Source: Eledone cirrhosa (Eukaryota). Taken from it: a stretch of DNA of 64,000 nt. The DNA is taken from assembly GCA_964016885.1 (NCBI GenBank), contig OZ024750.1, forward strand, positions 10,478,001-10,542,000, read 5' to 3'. The position numbers and the translations under genes are program-made. The stretch's first letter is position 1; each line of letters starts with the position of its first letter. Positions 43,159-57,031 of the stretch are shown one piece after another. The notes under the pieces were generated by a model, which was not told the origin of the DNA, did no database searches, and saw nothing but the letters and a program-made list of their open reading frames with translations.

Positions 43159-43860
43159 ATATATATATATATATACCTATATATATATATATATATATAC
43201 CTATATATATACCTATATATATATATATATATACCTATATATATACCTATATATATACCTATATATATATATATATATACCTATATATATATATATATAC
43301 CTATATATATATATACCTATATATATATATACCTATATATATATATATATATACCTATATATATATATACCTATATATACCTATATATACATATATATAT
43401 ATACCTATATATACATATATATATATATACCTATATATATATATATATCTCTCTATATATATATACCTATATATATATATATATATATACCTATATATAC
43501 ATATATATATATACCTATATATACATATATATATATACCTATATATATATATACCTATATATATATATACCTATATATATATACCTATATATATACCTAT
43601 ATATATACCTATATATATATATATACCTATATATATATATACCTATATATATATATACCTATATATATACCTATATATATACCTATATATATATACCTAT
43701 ATATATATATATACCTATATATATATACCTATATATATATACCTATATATATATATACCTATATATATATATACCTATATATATATATATACCTATATAT
43801 ATATATACCTATATATACCTATATATACATATATATACCTATATATACATATATATATAT
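43150..43860. repeat. CC-(TA)n motif array
   Basis: 'accta' repeated with variable TA spacers. Confidence 0.95.
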
Positions 43861-44065
43861 ATACATACATACATATGGTGGCTTCCAACTCGTTTTCGAG
43901 TACGGCCACTACTTTATATCCATGTAGGAGAACCCCCACCGATGCGCTGAATGAGTGTGACTTTTTAGTCCCGCCAGCGACTTGAAAACTCTGGTACAAA
44001 CACTACACCTGTGACAATTACTGACACATAGTGCTGGGCCCATGGTACCAATGTTGTTCAAGGGA

Positions 44066-45231
44066 AAGGCAATGGCCGATACAGCTTGACACTAGTGACA
44101 TTGTAACTCATTTCTACAAAGGCAATGGCCGATACAGCTTGACACTAGTGACATTGTAACTCATTTCTACAAAGGCAATGGCCGATACAGCTTGACACTA
44201 GTGACATTGTAACTCATTTCTACAAAGGCAATGGCCGATACAGCTTGACACCAGTGACATTGTAACTCATTTCTACAAAAGCAATGCCTGATACAGCTTG
44301 ACACCAGTGACATTGTAACTCATTTCTACAAAAGCAATGGCCGATACAGCTTGACACTAGTGACATTGTAACTCATTTCTACAAAGGCAATGGCCGATAC
44401 AGCTTGACACCAGTGACATTGTAACTCATTTCTACAAAAGCAATGCCTGACACAGCTTGACACCAGTGACATTGTAACTCATTTCTACAAAAGCAATGGC
44501 CGATACAGCTTGACACTAGTGACATTGTAACTCATTTCTACAAAGGCAATGGCCGATACAGCTTGACACCAGTGACATTGTAACTCATTTCTACAAAAGC
44601 AATGCCTGACACAGCTTGACACCAGTGACATTGTAACTCATTTCTACAAAAGCAATGGCCGATACAGCTTGACACTAGTGACATTGTAACTCATTTCTAC
44701 AAAGGCAATGGCCGATACAGCTTGACACCAGTGACATTGTAACTCATTTCTACAAAAGCAATGCCTGACACAGCTTGACACCAGTGACATTGTAACTCAT
44801 TTCTACAAAAGCAATGGCCGATACAGCTTGACACTAGTGACATTGTAACTCATTTCTACAAAGGCAATGGCCGATACAGCTTGACACTAGTGACATTGTA
44901 ACTCATTTCTACAAAGGCAATGGCCGATACAGCTTGACACCAGTGACATTGTAACTCATTTCTACAAAGGCAATGGCCGATACAGCTTGACACTAGTGAC
45001 ATTGTAACTCATTTCTACAAAGGCAATGGCCGATACAGCTTGACACCAGTGACATTGTAACTCATTTCTACAAAGGCAATGGCCGATACAGCTTGACACC
45101 AGTGACATTGTAACTCATTTCTACAAAGGCAATGGCCGATACAGCTTGACACTAGTGACATTGTAACTCATTTCTACAAAGGCAATGGCCGATACAGCTT
45201 GACACCAGTGACATTGTAACTCATTTCTACA
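44066..45231. repeat. 53-bp tandem array (22 units) amplified inside a minus-strand family 2 SINE
   Basis: Unit aaggcaatggccgatacagcttgacac(t/c)agtgacattgtaactcatttctaca with no spacers. It runs directly into the SINE body and head at 45232-45331. Confidence 0.95.
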
Positions 45232-45470
45232 GCTGAGTAACGTGAAATAAACAGCCTTGCTGAAAGACACAACGCAAAGAGAATTGAACTCACAACCTTT
45301 CGATTGCAAGCCCACCGTTCTAACCACTAAGACATACATACGTATATATATATATATATATATATAGCCATACATATATATATAGCCATACATACGTATA
45401 TAGCCATACATACGTATATGAATGTATATACATATATATATATACATATATATAGCCATACATACGTATA

Positions 45471-45523
<53 letters not shown>

Positions 45524-45734
45524 CCATACATACGAGTATGAATACACACACACATACACACACACACACACTGAGATGATGTATAAGAGCCATTTACTGT
45601 GAGGTCAAATAGAAGTGTCACATGAGCCTCCATAAGTCATCAGATGTTTGAAGATATCAGAACGATAGCGATAGCGTTTCTTCTGAATAATGTATGATGT
45701 CTCGGCTTGTTGATATCATAGTTGACGACCACCT

Positions 45735-46230
45735 AGACAACAACAACAGCTACTACGACAGCAGCTACTACGACTGCAGCTACAACAACAGCAGCTACAA
45801 CAACTACAACAACAACAGCTACAACGACAGCAGCTACAACGACAGCAGCTACTACGACAGCAGCTACAACGACAGCAGCTACAACAACTACAACAACAGC
45901 AGCTACAACAACTACAACAACAGCAGCTACAACAACTACAACAACAGCAGCTACAACAACAGCAGCTACAACAACTACAACAACAGCAGCTACAACAACT
46001 ACAACAACAGCAGCTACAACAACAGCAGCTACTACGACAGCAGCTACAACAACACCTACAACAACAACACCTGCAACAACAACTACAACAACAACAACAC
46101 CTACAACAACAACAACAACACCTACAACAACAACAACTACAACAACACCTACAACAACAACAACACCTCCAACAACAACAACAACAACACCTGCAACAAC
46201 AACAGTATCTACAACAACAACAACAACAAC
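45735..46230. repeat. AAC/AGC/TAC trinucleotide-based repeat
   Basis: Seen directly. It produces the N/S/Y and poly-C pseudo-ORFs. Confidence 0.9.
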
Positions 46231-46554
46231 TTAGCATGGTAAAGACGTAGACGTTGACGTTAATGGAGTTGATGATGATGATGGTGATGACAATGATTAC
46301 AACGATGATGATGTTTCTTTGTGTTGATTTTTTATTGCTAAAATTTAGCCCCAGGTTAGCATTGATCAAGCAAGCCTATGGTGAAAGGCGTTCCAGATTG
46401 GACCATCCTGACTTTTTAAGGGTATCTAAGTATCTAAGAATATATTATTTATTGCGTCGTTTCCCCTCTCCATGACTGTAAAGGTGTCAATAGGAGGCAT
46501 TAGTCGGTTATTTAACGACACCTCGTGATTGTATATCATGCTTCTATCAATGTT

Positions 46555-46600
<46 letters not shown>

Positions 46601-46624
46601 TGTGTGTCTGTGTGTGTGTGTATG

Positions 46625-46657
<33 letters not shown>

Positions 46658-47225
46658 CGATAAGAGAAGTGAGAAATACAACAACCAAGAACGAGATAAA
46701 TTATGGTAGAAGAAACTCTGATCATTAATCATTAATTCAATAAGACATCAAAGTTTTATGATAGCGTGCTGTGGTAGTGGTGGTAGTTTTGGTGGTTATA
46801 GTGTTGGTGGTAGTGGTGGTGGTGTTGGTAACGAGATAGTTGTTGTCGACGTAGTGGTGTTGGTGTGAATCTAGAAGAAATTATTAAGGAAACGGTGTTG
46901 CTTTGAATTTACCACATGTCTGTCTGTCTAAATCTGTTAGGCATCAGGTTCCACTAGCTTCGAAAGACTGTATGCTGTGTAGTGTTAATGTTGCTGCTTT
47001 CCTTCCTTCCTTCCTCTCTCGCTCTCTCTCTCTCTCTACACACACACACTATTATAAGAAAGTCATCGGAAATACCGATATATCTTCGACTGTATTCTCA
47101 CTCACCCAATGCTCTAATTAAGTCGGCATCATTAAGATACCAACCACAGAGGCAAGCAGAGTGCACTCTAATACGTTACATAGGGAGAGAAACGATTTCG
47201 TGTGGGCAGATTATATATATATATG

Positions 47226-47526
47226 TAATAATTGTTTCTACTTTTGGCACAAGGCCAGCAATTATCCACTGCATTACTGGTACTTTATTTTATCGATCGC
47301 GTAAGTATGTAATAATGGTTTCTTATATAGGCACAAGGCCAGTAATTTTTTTTTGGGGGGGGGGGGGAGGAAAGTCGATTAAATCGATCCCAGTGCGTGA
47401 CTGGTACTTTATTTTATCGACCCCATAAGGATGAAAGGCAAAGTTAAACTCGGCGGGATTTGAACTAAGATCATAAAGGACCGTAACTCTTTGCTGAAAA
47501 GCATGGCGTCCGACCCTCTACTGATA
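47226..47526 (-). mobile_element. SINE family 1 (one tail fragment plus one near-complete copy)
   Basis: Two ggcacaaggccag tails. Confidence 0.85.
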
Positions 47527-47685
47527 CGAATGGTTACTCCTTCATTTCGTTCATTGGTTGGTGACGCGCGTTTCGCTACTGATCAGTTCAAGGTTCGATC
47601 TGTATCGATCTAGCTTGCGTTACACCTGGATATATATATATATATATATATTGGAAAATGTGTGAGATCCTTGGTACAGTTAGGT

Positions 47686-47885
47686 ATATATATTTGAAAG
47701 AAAGGAAAAGAATGATTTCACTTGTAGTTCTAAATAAATAGATTTAATTTTTTAATTTTATAATATAATATTATGAATTGATAGATCTAGCAACTCATAA
47801 TATTATATTAGAAAATTAGAAAAATTAAATCAATTTGTTTAGAACTACAAGTGGTCATTCTTTTCCTTTCTTTCAAATATATATA
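47686..47885. repeat. AT-rich fold-back, ~95-bp arms
   Basis: tttgaaagaaaggaaaagaatga...cacttgtagttctaaa / tttagaactacaagtg...tcattcttttcctttctttcaaa. Confidence 0.85.
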
Positions 47886-47987
47886 TATATATATAACGAA
47901 GGAAATGTGGTAAGGAACCAGGTGGACCATAACGCACCAAAGTACTCAATACTTGAGGTAGTAGAGTGGGTAATAGGAACCAGTAAG

Positions 47988-48081
47988 ACCCCGACAGCTG
48001 AGCTCAAGCCGTTTCGACGGCTAATTCTGGACTAAATGAACATTTATCCTGGTATTTAAATAGCCGATCTTCTCAAGGGGT
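47988..48081 (-). ncRNA. Type I hammerhead ribozyme, U3-A8 core variant (family A, sense arm)
   Basis: Reverse complement of 48434-48527. Confidence 0.75.
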
Positions 48082-48433
48082 AATTCCATATATGGTCAAA
48101 GTGATTGTCAAAAATCAGTAGTAATTCTGTGGTTGCAAATTAGTAGGGGAGATGGTGGCTAAACCTGCTTTTCTTCACTCTCAGTATTTTTTCTTTCCTA
48201 TTTTTACCCCCCATTGTTCTACCTACCGTTCCGACTTCCTCCCCCTCCCCCTCCCCTGTATCTTCTTTGACCTCATGCCCAGCTGTAGCTGGCACTACCA
48301 ACGCTTGATTGGGTCTACTCCACCCCCTCCCCTCTTTCTCCTACTGGCAGGTTTAGCCACCATCTCCCCTACTAATTTGCAACCACAGAATTACTACTGA
48401 TTTTTGACAATCACTTTGACCATATATGGAATT

Positions 48434-48527
48434 ACCCCTTGAGAAGATCGGCTATTTAAATACCAGGATAAATGTTCATTTAGTCCAGAATTAGCCGTCG
48501 AAACGGCTTGAGCTCAGCTGTCGGGGT
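48434..48527 (+). ncRNA. Type I hammerhead ribozyme, U3-A8 core variant (family A, inverted arm)
   Basis: acccc-TTGAGAA-ga(t)cggcta...tagccgtc-GAA-Acggct-tgagctc-agctgT-C-ggggt. All three stems pair, and the triplet is GUC at 48520-48522. Confidence 0.75.
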
Positions 48528-48537
48528 CTTACTGGTT

Positions 48538-48587
<50 letters not shown>

Positions 48588-48989
48588 GAATAAATAATTC
48601 ATTAATAAAAAACAAACAATCATAAACAAATCTAATTAAAATAAAACACTACAGATATGGAAAATGAAGGGAGGGCAATGGTTCTAGGGGGCGGCGGTGT
48701 TGGGGCTTGATAAGAGCAAATCTTCTCAACTTGTTCGTTATTGATTATCAGTTAAAGCCTAAACAAATGTTTCTAGCGACTTTCCAACGCAGTCTTGATG
48801 TTAGACGATAAATCTCCGAGACCAATTTCCGTATCATTAAAAAGGGAAACTAAATGTTTCTTTTATTGAATTTCCATTCAACACACACACAGGGTCTCCT
48901 CCCCCAAAAATGTATGCACACTTCAACAGCATTCAAATAAATATTGCCTGTACAGGTAATTAAAGTGTGCATTCATTTTTTTGGAACAT

Positions 48990-49043
<54 letters not shown>

Positions 49044-49945
49044 AAGGGTCTCCCCGCCAAAAAATGTATGCACACTTCAACAGCATTCAAATAAATATTG
49101 CCTGTACAGGAAATCAAAGTGTGCATACATTTTTTTGGAACATCCTATATATATATATATATATATAATGTTTGTCATGAATAATTTTTGTCTTTTATCA
49201 AGTTTGTTTTTCATCACGTTTACGTTTAAGAAATTCTTGTCCCGTTTCTTTATAATCCAAATGCTTAGTCCTGAAATGATGTCCGTGCTTACCATGGAAT
49301 ATATTACTATTTTATCATTTTTTTTTCAAATACATAATACACAATAAGGTTAACGGTTATAAAACTAAGGAAAAATATTCAATAATACTTGCGTTTTATG
49401 TTGACAATCTCACCCGTTTTCTTGGGATTAGAATTAGTTACTTTCTGTTTTGCAGGTGTCTTCTTGGAGTCTGACCAGCCATCTGGCCAAAGCAACAATG
49501 TAAAATGGGAGCTGATTAATCGAGAAAGTGGTGTAAATAGCAATAGTATACATGTGTACGTTGCAGGCGGAAATACCGGTTATTTATGATATTGTCTAAC
49601 ATTAATAGGTCGGCGTGGTAGGAATGTCAAGTAAACGATTGGAATGATATCATCCACTTTCGGAAGAATATTTAAAAATCAATCAGTTTGAAGTTTAAAA
49701 TTTAACCAATATATATATTACTATGCACAATAACGTGACAGTTATCAGTCAATCAAATTATATTTTAAAGAAATCTTTTCGAAAACAGAAAGAACTTTCG
49801 AACTCCAGCTAGCTACGAGACAAACCACAATAGAAACACAAAACCCCCCATCTCAATTTTTACTTTTGAAAATCATAAGAACTGTGAAATCAGTAAACTA
49901 AATAAATATTCTTAAAAGATTCCAGTTGCATTTTTAATTTCTTTT

Positions 49946-49995
<50 letters not shown>

Positions 49996-50141
49996 GTTTA
50001 TAATTTGAAATATGTTTTATTAATTTTATATTTCCTATAATGCTGCAATAAAAATAATTTATTCCCAAAGTAATTTTAAAATGATCTTTATCACTATTAT
50101 TTTAAATTGATTGTCCTTTCGCGTCTCTCTCTCTATATATA

Positions 50142-50303
50142 TTATAAAGAATCGGGACCCGATGGCTGAGCTCTTGTTGAGATGGCAAGAACTCAACCGT
50201 CGGGTCCGGACCCCTTATAATATAGCCATACTCTACTCCCCCAAGTATCGAATACTCAGTTGAGTAAAGGTCTAACTAGTTTTAAACTGGTCCTACCCTG
50301 ATT
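50142..50303 (+). mobile_element. Diverged family A-related fold-back
   Basis: ggacccgatggctgagctcttg / caagaactcaaccgtcgggtcc, plus tail actctactcccccaagtatcgaatactc...ggtctaact. Confidence 0.7.
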
Positions 50304-50313
50304 TATATATATA

Positions 50314-50409
50314 CAGGGTGTCTCCAAAAATCTATACAAATTTTGATTATCTGTACAGGCAATACTTATTAGAATGCTGTTGAAATGTGTATACATTTTT
50401 AGGGACACC

Positions 50410-50412
<3 letters not shown>
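50314..50412. mobile_element. Tc1/mariner MITE, best-preserved copy with TA on both sides
   Basis: TA|cagggtgtct...gggacaccctg|TA. Confidence 0.85.
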
Positions 50413-50451
<39 letters not shown>

Positions 50452-50924
50452 TTATATATATATATATATATACACATGACTAAATTAATGTTGACTGTTT
50501 TATGGAATCGAGAGCATTGTTGATCCTGGAATTTTTCCGAGGAAATAAAGTATTTTTGAGGATTCCTCAAATACTTCCTCTGTTACAAAACGTTTCTACA
50601 TTTACGGACTTAATCTAGACTGACGCAGAGAAGACATTTCTTTATGTCTGACCATCATTTATTCTGTTGATTCCGTTCGAATTTAATCTTACTCAATTTA
50701 AAACTGTGCTATGAATGAATTACTAGCGTTGTAACGTGAATGAAATTGTCTAATTAGACACGGTGACAAACAAAAGCAGCCGTTAGTGAATTATATGTGT
50801 AAGTCTTTGATATCTTCGCTTTGAAATCACGTGTTTTCGTGTTCAATTTCACTTCTTGACTTTAGAGATGAGATTTTCCTGACTTGTTCCTGACTTGTTC
50901 TTGCACAAACAAGATATCAAAAAA

Positions 50925-51245
50925 ACATTTTGGACCTAGTGCATAGTATTGACACTATACTGACACTATACTCAATATTACAATGGAACAAACCCTTCTC
51001 TCAGATCACGACATGGTTCTCTGAAACCTGAGATACCACCAACCGAAAGCTAAACTCAACGACTTCTTTCCAGCCAACCCATTTGATAGCATGCATCTTT
51101 ATAATGCCAACTGGGATGCAATCACTAACAAGCTATCAGATGTTGACTGGTCTTTCACACACACATCTCCACCAACATCAAAACATCCTAGCAGATATTT
51201 GTAGATCCTGTTACAAACATATGTGCAACACATGCCTCCCTGAGA
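50925..51245 (+). mobile_element. CR1/Jockey-like LINE ORF2 remnant (end of APE endonuclease + linker)
   Basis: Reads ILDLVHS...LNITMEQTLLSDHDMVL...LYNANWDAITNKLSDVDWS, with stops and frameshifts. Confidence 0.65.
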
Positions 51246-53128
51246 AGTGTAACCTCCCACAATCTCAGACCAATTCAATGTTTGTAAGTGAAATTAGTGA
51301 GGGGTGGGGGATTATGAGGAATCCAATCAAGTGTATTACACCTGATTTACCATTTGGTGATCTTTGAGTATCATTAGCAGATATTTTGTTGCAGCAACTC
51401 GGAATTAGATTCTCCAGCTGTTGTATCAATATGAATCTCTTACAATAGAATTTCACCGGGTGAATTTGAAAAATTAATAAGCGGGGGAGGGGACGATTAT
51501 TCAAGATCTGAGAGTACTTTCTTTCACTTGGTTTTTATTTTGTGCATGTCGACAGCAGTGATGGGAATAATTTTGTGATTGGCCTGTCACCCTGAAAGAG
51601 ACATAACCTCTAGAATTGTCCTATAGATTACTAAGGGGAGTACCATATATGGTTCTTTTTCGTAGAGCCTGTCTTTCATTGCCAATAACTGTTTTTCATT
51701 TTCATTTTCTGGTCAGATTGCTGTAGAAAGCTATCATTTCACATCAGATGAAATGCCCACCCTGTTTATCTTTTGATGCTGTAGTACCAGGTGAGGTTGG
51801 GGGGGGGGGGGGTACACTATCAATCAATTTTAAGAAATTCTGTTGATGTGGCAGTTCATAACCAGCCCAACAATGTGTTTGATTAATTCCTCTGCTTTAG
51901 TTTTTAATATTTATTAGAATATTTTGGTCTGAGGTACCTTTGAAAGTAGTTTCCGTTAGCAAGATTTAATTGGTCTGAGGTACCTTTGAATTCCGTTAGC
52001 AAGATTTATCTCACAATACGCCTATTGTTTGTTATTGTATTTGGCTTTGAGCAGAATTAAAGAATTAACCCCAGGGTTAAGGATTACGATAGACCGTAAA
52101 GCGATCATTGGTTAGGAATTGGAAACTAGATTCAACTTACTTTGAAAAACCAACGAGAGTTATGCTTTTCATATCTATAATTCATAACTAAAAGATATCA
52201 CTTTAAGTGTTTCTAATGTTAAGAAACACATTACTTTTTAATATTTAAAACATTTCTTTCATTTCTTCTGTTACATGAAAAAGTCTCCTTTTATTATTTC
52301 ATCGCGTGGAAATAAAGTTTAATGTCTGCCATAAAAATAAAGTAGCATTATTAAACTTTGTTGTAGTTAACAATCATTACACTTAACTGAACCCAATAAA
52401 AATAACATGCACTTAAACAACGACTGCACGTAACAGCTGCATTCGGAGATCATTAACCTCCATAATCCTCTGCAATGATGTGCTGTTGCATTAATTGTTG
52501 TTCAATTGATATTGTTACACACCAACTGTAACATTGTCCTCATCAACGCCACCTACACCCATAACACAACATCAAAAGGAATACCAGCAATAACATGGGC
52601 CACCTCGCTATTTACACTACAACACCAATACAACAACAACTACCACATAGCTTTTACAATAACAACATTCAACGCCATCAAATAGAACACAGTTATTACT
52701 GCACACAATAAATACTTGTGCAGACAAAAGCAAAAGCATATATAACGTCCATTATATCATAGACACGTTTAAATTACACCATTAGATCGAACGCCCATTA
52801 CTTGTTAACAATTAAGGACGAAATATTGGTTTTTAACTTTATATCAATTTTAATGTTACACCTCCCAATTTCTCTTTGTCTCAATGCACCTACTGACAAT
52901 TTGTTGTTTGTTTTAAGAGAAGGGCTGTTTTGGAGCATCAAAAGACCATTGTTTGAGGAAACGAAACAGTTTCTGTTCATTATTTCTATCCGAGTTATAT
53001 TGTAGAGTTAGGCAGAAAACGACATAAAAGGTACTTATATATATATATACATATATATATATATAAGTACCTTTACACACACACATACACACCCACACAC
53101 CCACCCAAACACACACACATACGCACAC

Positions 53129-53167
<39 letters not shown>

Positions 53168-53176
53168 TACCTTTAT

Positions 53177-53223
<47 letters not shown>

Positions 53224-53849
53224 CACACACATATATATACATACATACACACACATACACACACAGACACACACACACACGTATATATATATATATATAT
53301 ATATATCAATAAAAGGAATTCCAACTTTGTCTGATTTACTCGTTTTATTTACGATCCTTTAAAATTTATAATGGTATTATAATGAAATAGTATGATAGAA
53401 TATTAAATGTTAAGTGTTAATTGAACAAGTACTTTCATGCTTTCGCAATCTTCAGGTTCATAATGTGTGGTGACAGTCAAGTTTGCAATTTTCAACTATC
53501 ACTTGAAGAGTGTAGCAGTCCAGATTCCATCAATATTACAGAACACATAGACCAGGGAACACTACTTGCTGGAAGAAATGGCAAATGAGAAACGAGGAAG
53601 AGGGGGGGGGGCAACTGTATTCCAATAAAATGGGTCAATACATTGATTTAAAGATGCTAAACAGACGCTTCGATTGGATCGATGCCCTAAATATTGCATA
53701 AATCGGAATGGCTACATTCTACATATCTTTACTGTTAAATGATTGATAATTGGAGACTTTGAAAGAGATGTTATTTTGAGAATTTGGGATGTACGGTGAC
53801 GTAATTAGAAGCAGTCGGACTGGAAGGAGACAGCCAGTGGACCTGTACC

Positions 53850-53898
<49 letters not shown>

Positions 53899-53969
53899 CC
53901 TACATATATATATATATATATTATATACATATACAGTATTATGCTATTTGTCAGCAAAGTGATCCAGTG

Positions 53970-54075
53970 AAGGCCCGTGGCTTAGTGTTTAGGGAATTTG
54001 ATTCACAATCGTGTGGTTGCGAGTTCGATTCCCGGAGTGGGTGATGTCTTATGTCCTTGAGCAAGACATTTTATT
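53970..54075 (+). mobile_element. SINE family 2, 5' part
   Basis: gtggcttagtg...gagttcgattccc...gtccttgagcaagaca. Confidence 0.8.
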
Positions 54076-54225
54076 TTAATTTTTTTGTAAAAGCATTTAG
54101 TATCAGTGAAACAATATCTGCAAACTGATTCTGAGATAAAATAAACCAATGGACATACATGACGGTTGCTGTCTCTTGTTTTTTTTCATTGTCATCTCTT
54201 CTTCGTTTATGACTTCGTAGATGAC

Positions 54226-54321
<96 letters not shown>

Positions 54322-54622
54322 GTGTGTGTGTGTACATATGTATATATATACATATATATGTGTATAAGTATATATATGTATACATATATATATGTATATA
54401 TACACATATATATGTGTATAAATATCTATATCTATCTATCTATCTATATATATATATATATATATATATAGATATATATATCTGTATATATATATATATA
54501 TACATAGATATATGTGTATATTATACAATATTATACAATATACATTATATATATATATACATACATATATATGTGTATCTATGTATACACACACACACAC
54601 ATATATATGTGTATGTATGTAT

Positions 54623-54663
<41 letters not shown>

Positions 54664-55216
54664 CACGTATTGTATAATATTAGCAGGCTGGTCTTTCCAT
54701 AAACCCTAGAGGCTGATAAAACAGGATGATGACTAATATATCATATCACATTCTACAAACAGTTTATGTATGTTCATGTTGAGAGAAAATAAATAACAAA
54801 AGATAATATACAAAGCAGTACACAAACTGTACAATAATGTAGAAATTTGTGTATAAAATTGCTTATTTAGGGCAATAAAGAAAACAGCCGTTCGTTTCAA
54901 AATGGAGGTTTTTCCAATTTAGATAGTTAAGCTAGAAAAAGTTGGGTTGGATTGATAGTGCTGTGATACACTGCTTTGATCTGGTTTTCTCACTCTAGAT
55001 AAATAGTCAACGCTTTATCGCATGTTCTAGATTTTCACTCCTAATAATTTCGATAAATGGTTTTGGTTTATTTCTGATTTGAAAAAACAAAACAAAAAAA
55101 AACACAAAAAAAAACAAAAAAAAACAAAAAAAACAAGATAAAATAACGAAAACGAAAAAAAATAAAAATAAATAAATATACATATATGTATAACGCTGCT
55201 TTTGTTTCTTACTCTA

Positions 55217-55279
<63 letters not shown>

Positions 55280-55499
55280 AGAGTAAGAAACAAAAGCAGC
55301 GTTTCCTTGGTTTCAGGCAAATGTTTAAGCAAGACTCCTCAGTAACTCTCATACCCACCACCTTATTCTTCATCACCACTGTCAATATCATTATAAACAC
55401 CACTACTGCTTATAAACACCAACAACAACGCCACCAAAACTTCCCCAACACTAACACCAACATTAAAAAAAGAAAAAGCCATACTCTCAGATCGACACA

Positions 55500-56180
55500 A
55501 GTACCAACACCACTAAAAGCACCAACACCATCACAAATACTAGCACCAACACCACCGATACCAACACCATCAACACCACCACCACCACCAATACCACCAC
55601 CACCACCACCACCACCATCAACACCACCAATACCAACACCATCAACACCACCAATACCACGACGACGACGACCACCACCACCACCATCAACACCACCAAT
55701 ACCAACACCACCACCACCGCCACCACCATCATCAACACCACCACCACCACCACCAATACCACCACCACCACCACCATCAACACCACCAATACCAACACCA
55801 TCACCACCACCACCATTAACACCACCAATACCAACACCACCACCACCATCAAGAACACCAATACCAACACCATCAACACCACCACCACCAATACCACCAC
55901 CATCAACACCACCAATACCACCACCATCAACACCACCAATACCAACACCATCAACACCACCAATACCAACACCATCAACACCACCACCACCATCAACACC
56001 ACCAATACCAACACCATCACCACCACCACCAATACCACCACCACCACCATCAACACCACCAATACCAACACCATCAACACCACCACCAACAATACCACCA
56101 CCACCACCACCACCACCACCACCACCACCATCAACATCACCAATACCAACACCACCACCACCAATACCCCCTCCCCCCAC
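55500..56180. repeat. (CCA)n-based degenerate repeat
   Basis: ccaccatcaacaccaccaataccaaca units. Confidence 0.9.
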
Positions 56181-56621
56181 CATCAATGCCAACACCCCTC
56201 CCTTCCATCTCTTTCAAGAAAAAACAAACTCTTCTGTCTTTTCATCAATGTTGTCGCTGACGTCTTGATTGTCATCGTTGTGAGAGTTCTACTTCTTTTA
56301 CCTCTTCTACCTTGTCATCATCATCATCAGCATCGTTGTCATCGACTCTACTTATCCTCCTCCCCCTCCTCCTCCTCATCATCATCCACCTCTCCGTCGT
56401 CCTCCTCTCCCCCCTCCTCCTCCTTGTCCTCATTATCAACATCATTATCCACATATCTCCCAACTGTTTTTTTTCTTCTTCCTACTTATACTTATTTTAT
56501 TTTTTATTTTATATTTTATTATCTGAGATAAAATTGTAACCAGGAGAGGCTAAAGCATATCAATGACAATTTACACTGTTTATACATACATACACACATA
56601 TATATACATATATATATATAC

Positions 56622-56701
<80 letters not shown>

Positions 56702-56732
56702 TGTATATATATATATGTATATATATAGATGT

Positions 56733-56806
<74 letters not shown>

Positions 56807-56875
56807 ACATCTATATATATACATATATACATATATATATATATATACATCTGTATATACATCTCTCTCTCTCTA

Positions 56876-56954
<79 letters not shown>

Positions 56955-56977
56955 ATATATATATATGTATATATGTA

Positions 56978-57031
<54 letters not shown>

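Larger units (their letters stand above)
47895..48542 (-). mobile_element. Longest family A fold-back (196-bp arms, 178-bp spacer, 78-bp tail)
   Basis: Arms 47973-48168 / 48347-48542 look perfectly complementary. Flanked by (TA)n. Confidence 0.9.

Noticed and set aside
43876-44010. Hammerhead in ctgaatgagt...acttgaaaac
   Set aside because: The core has an extra base and I could not close stems I and III.
44066-45231. CRISPR-like regular array
   Set aside because: Head-to-tail 53-bp units with no unique spacers, no cas genes, eukaryotic context and SINE origin.
45694-46369. Asn/Ser/Tyr-rich and Cys-rich ORFs
   Set aside because: Trinucleotide repeat artefacts.
52798-52980. 60-aa minus-strand ORF as an exon
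   Set aside because: No recognisable homology and weak splice signals.
55321-56268. Pro-rich extensin/formin-like ORF and Gly-rich antisense ORF
   Set aside because: A (CCA)n repeat open in several frames, with no domain or splice support.
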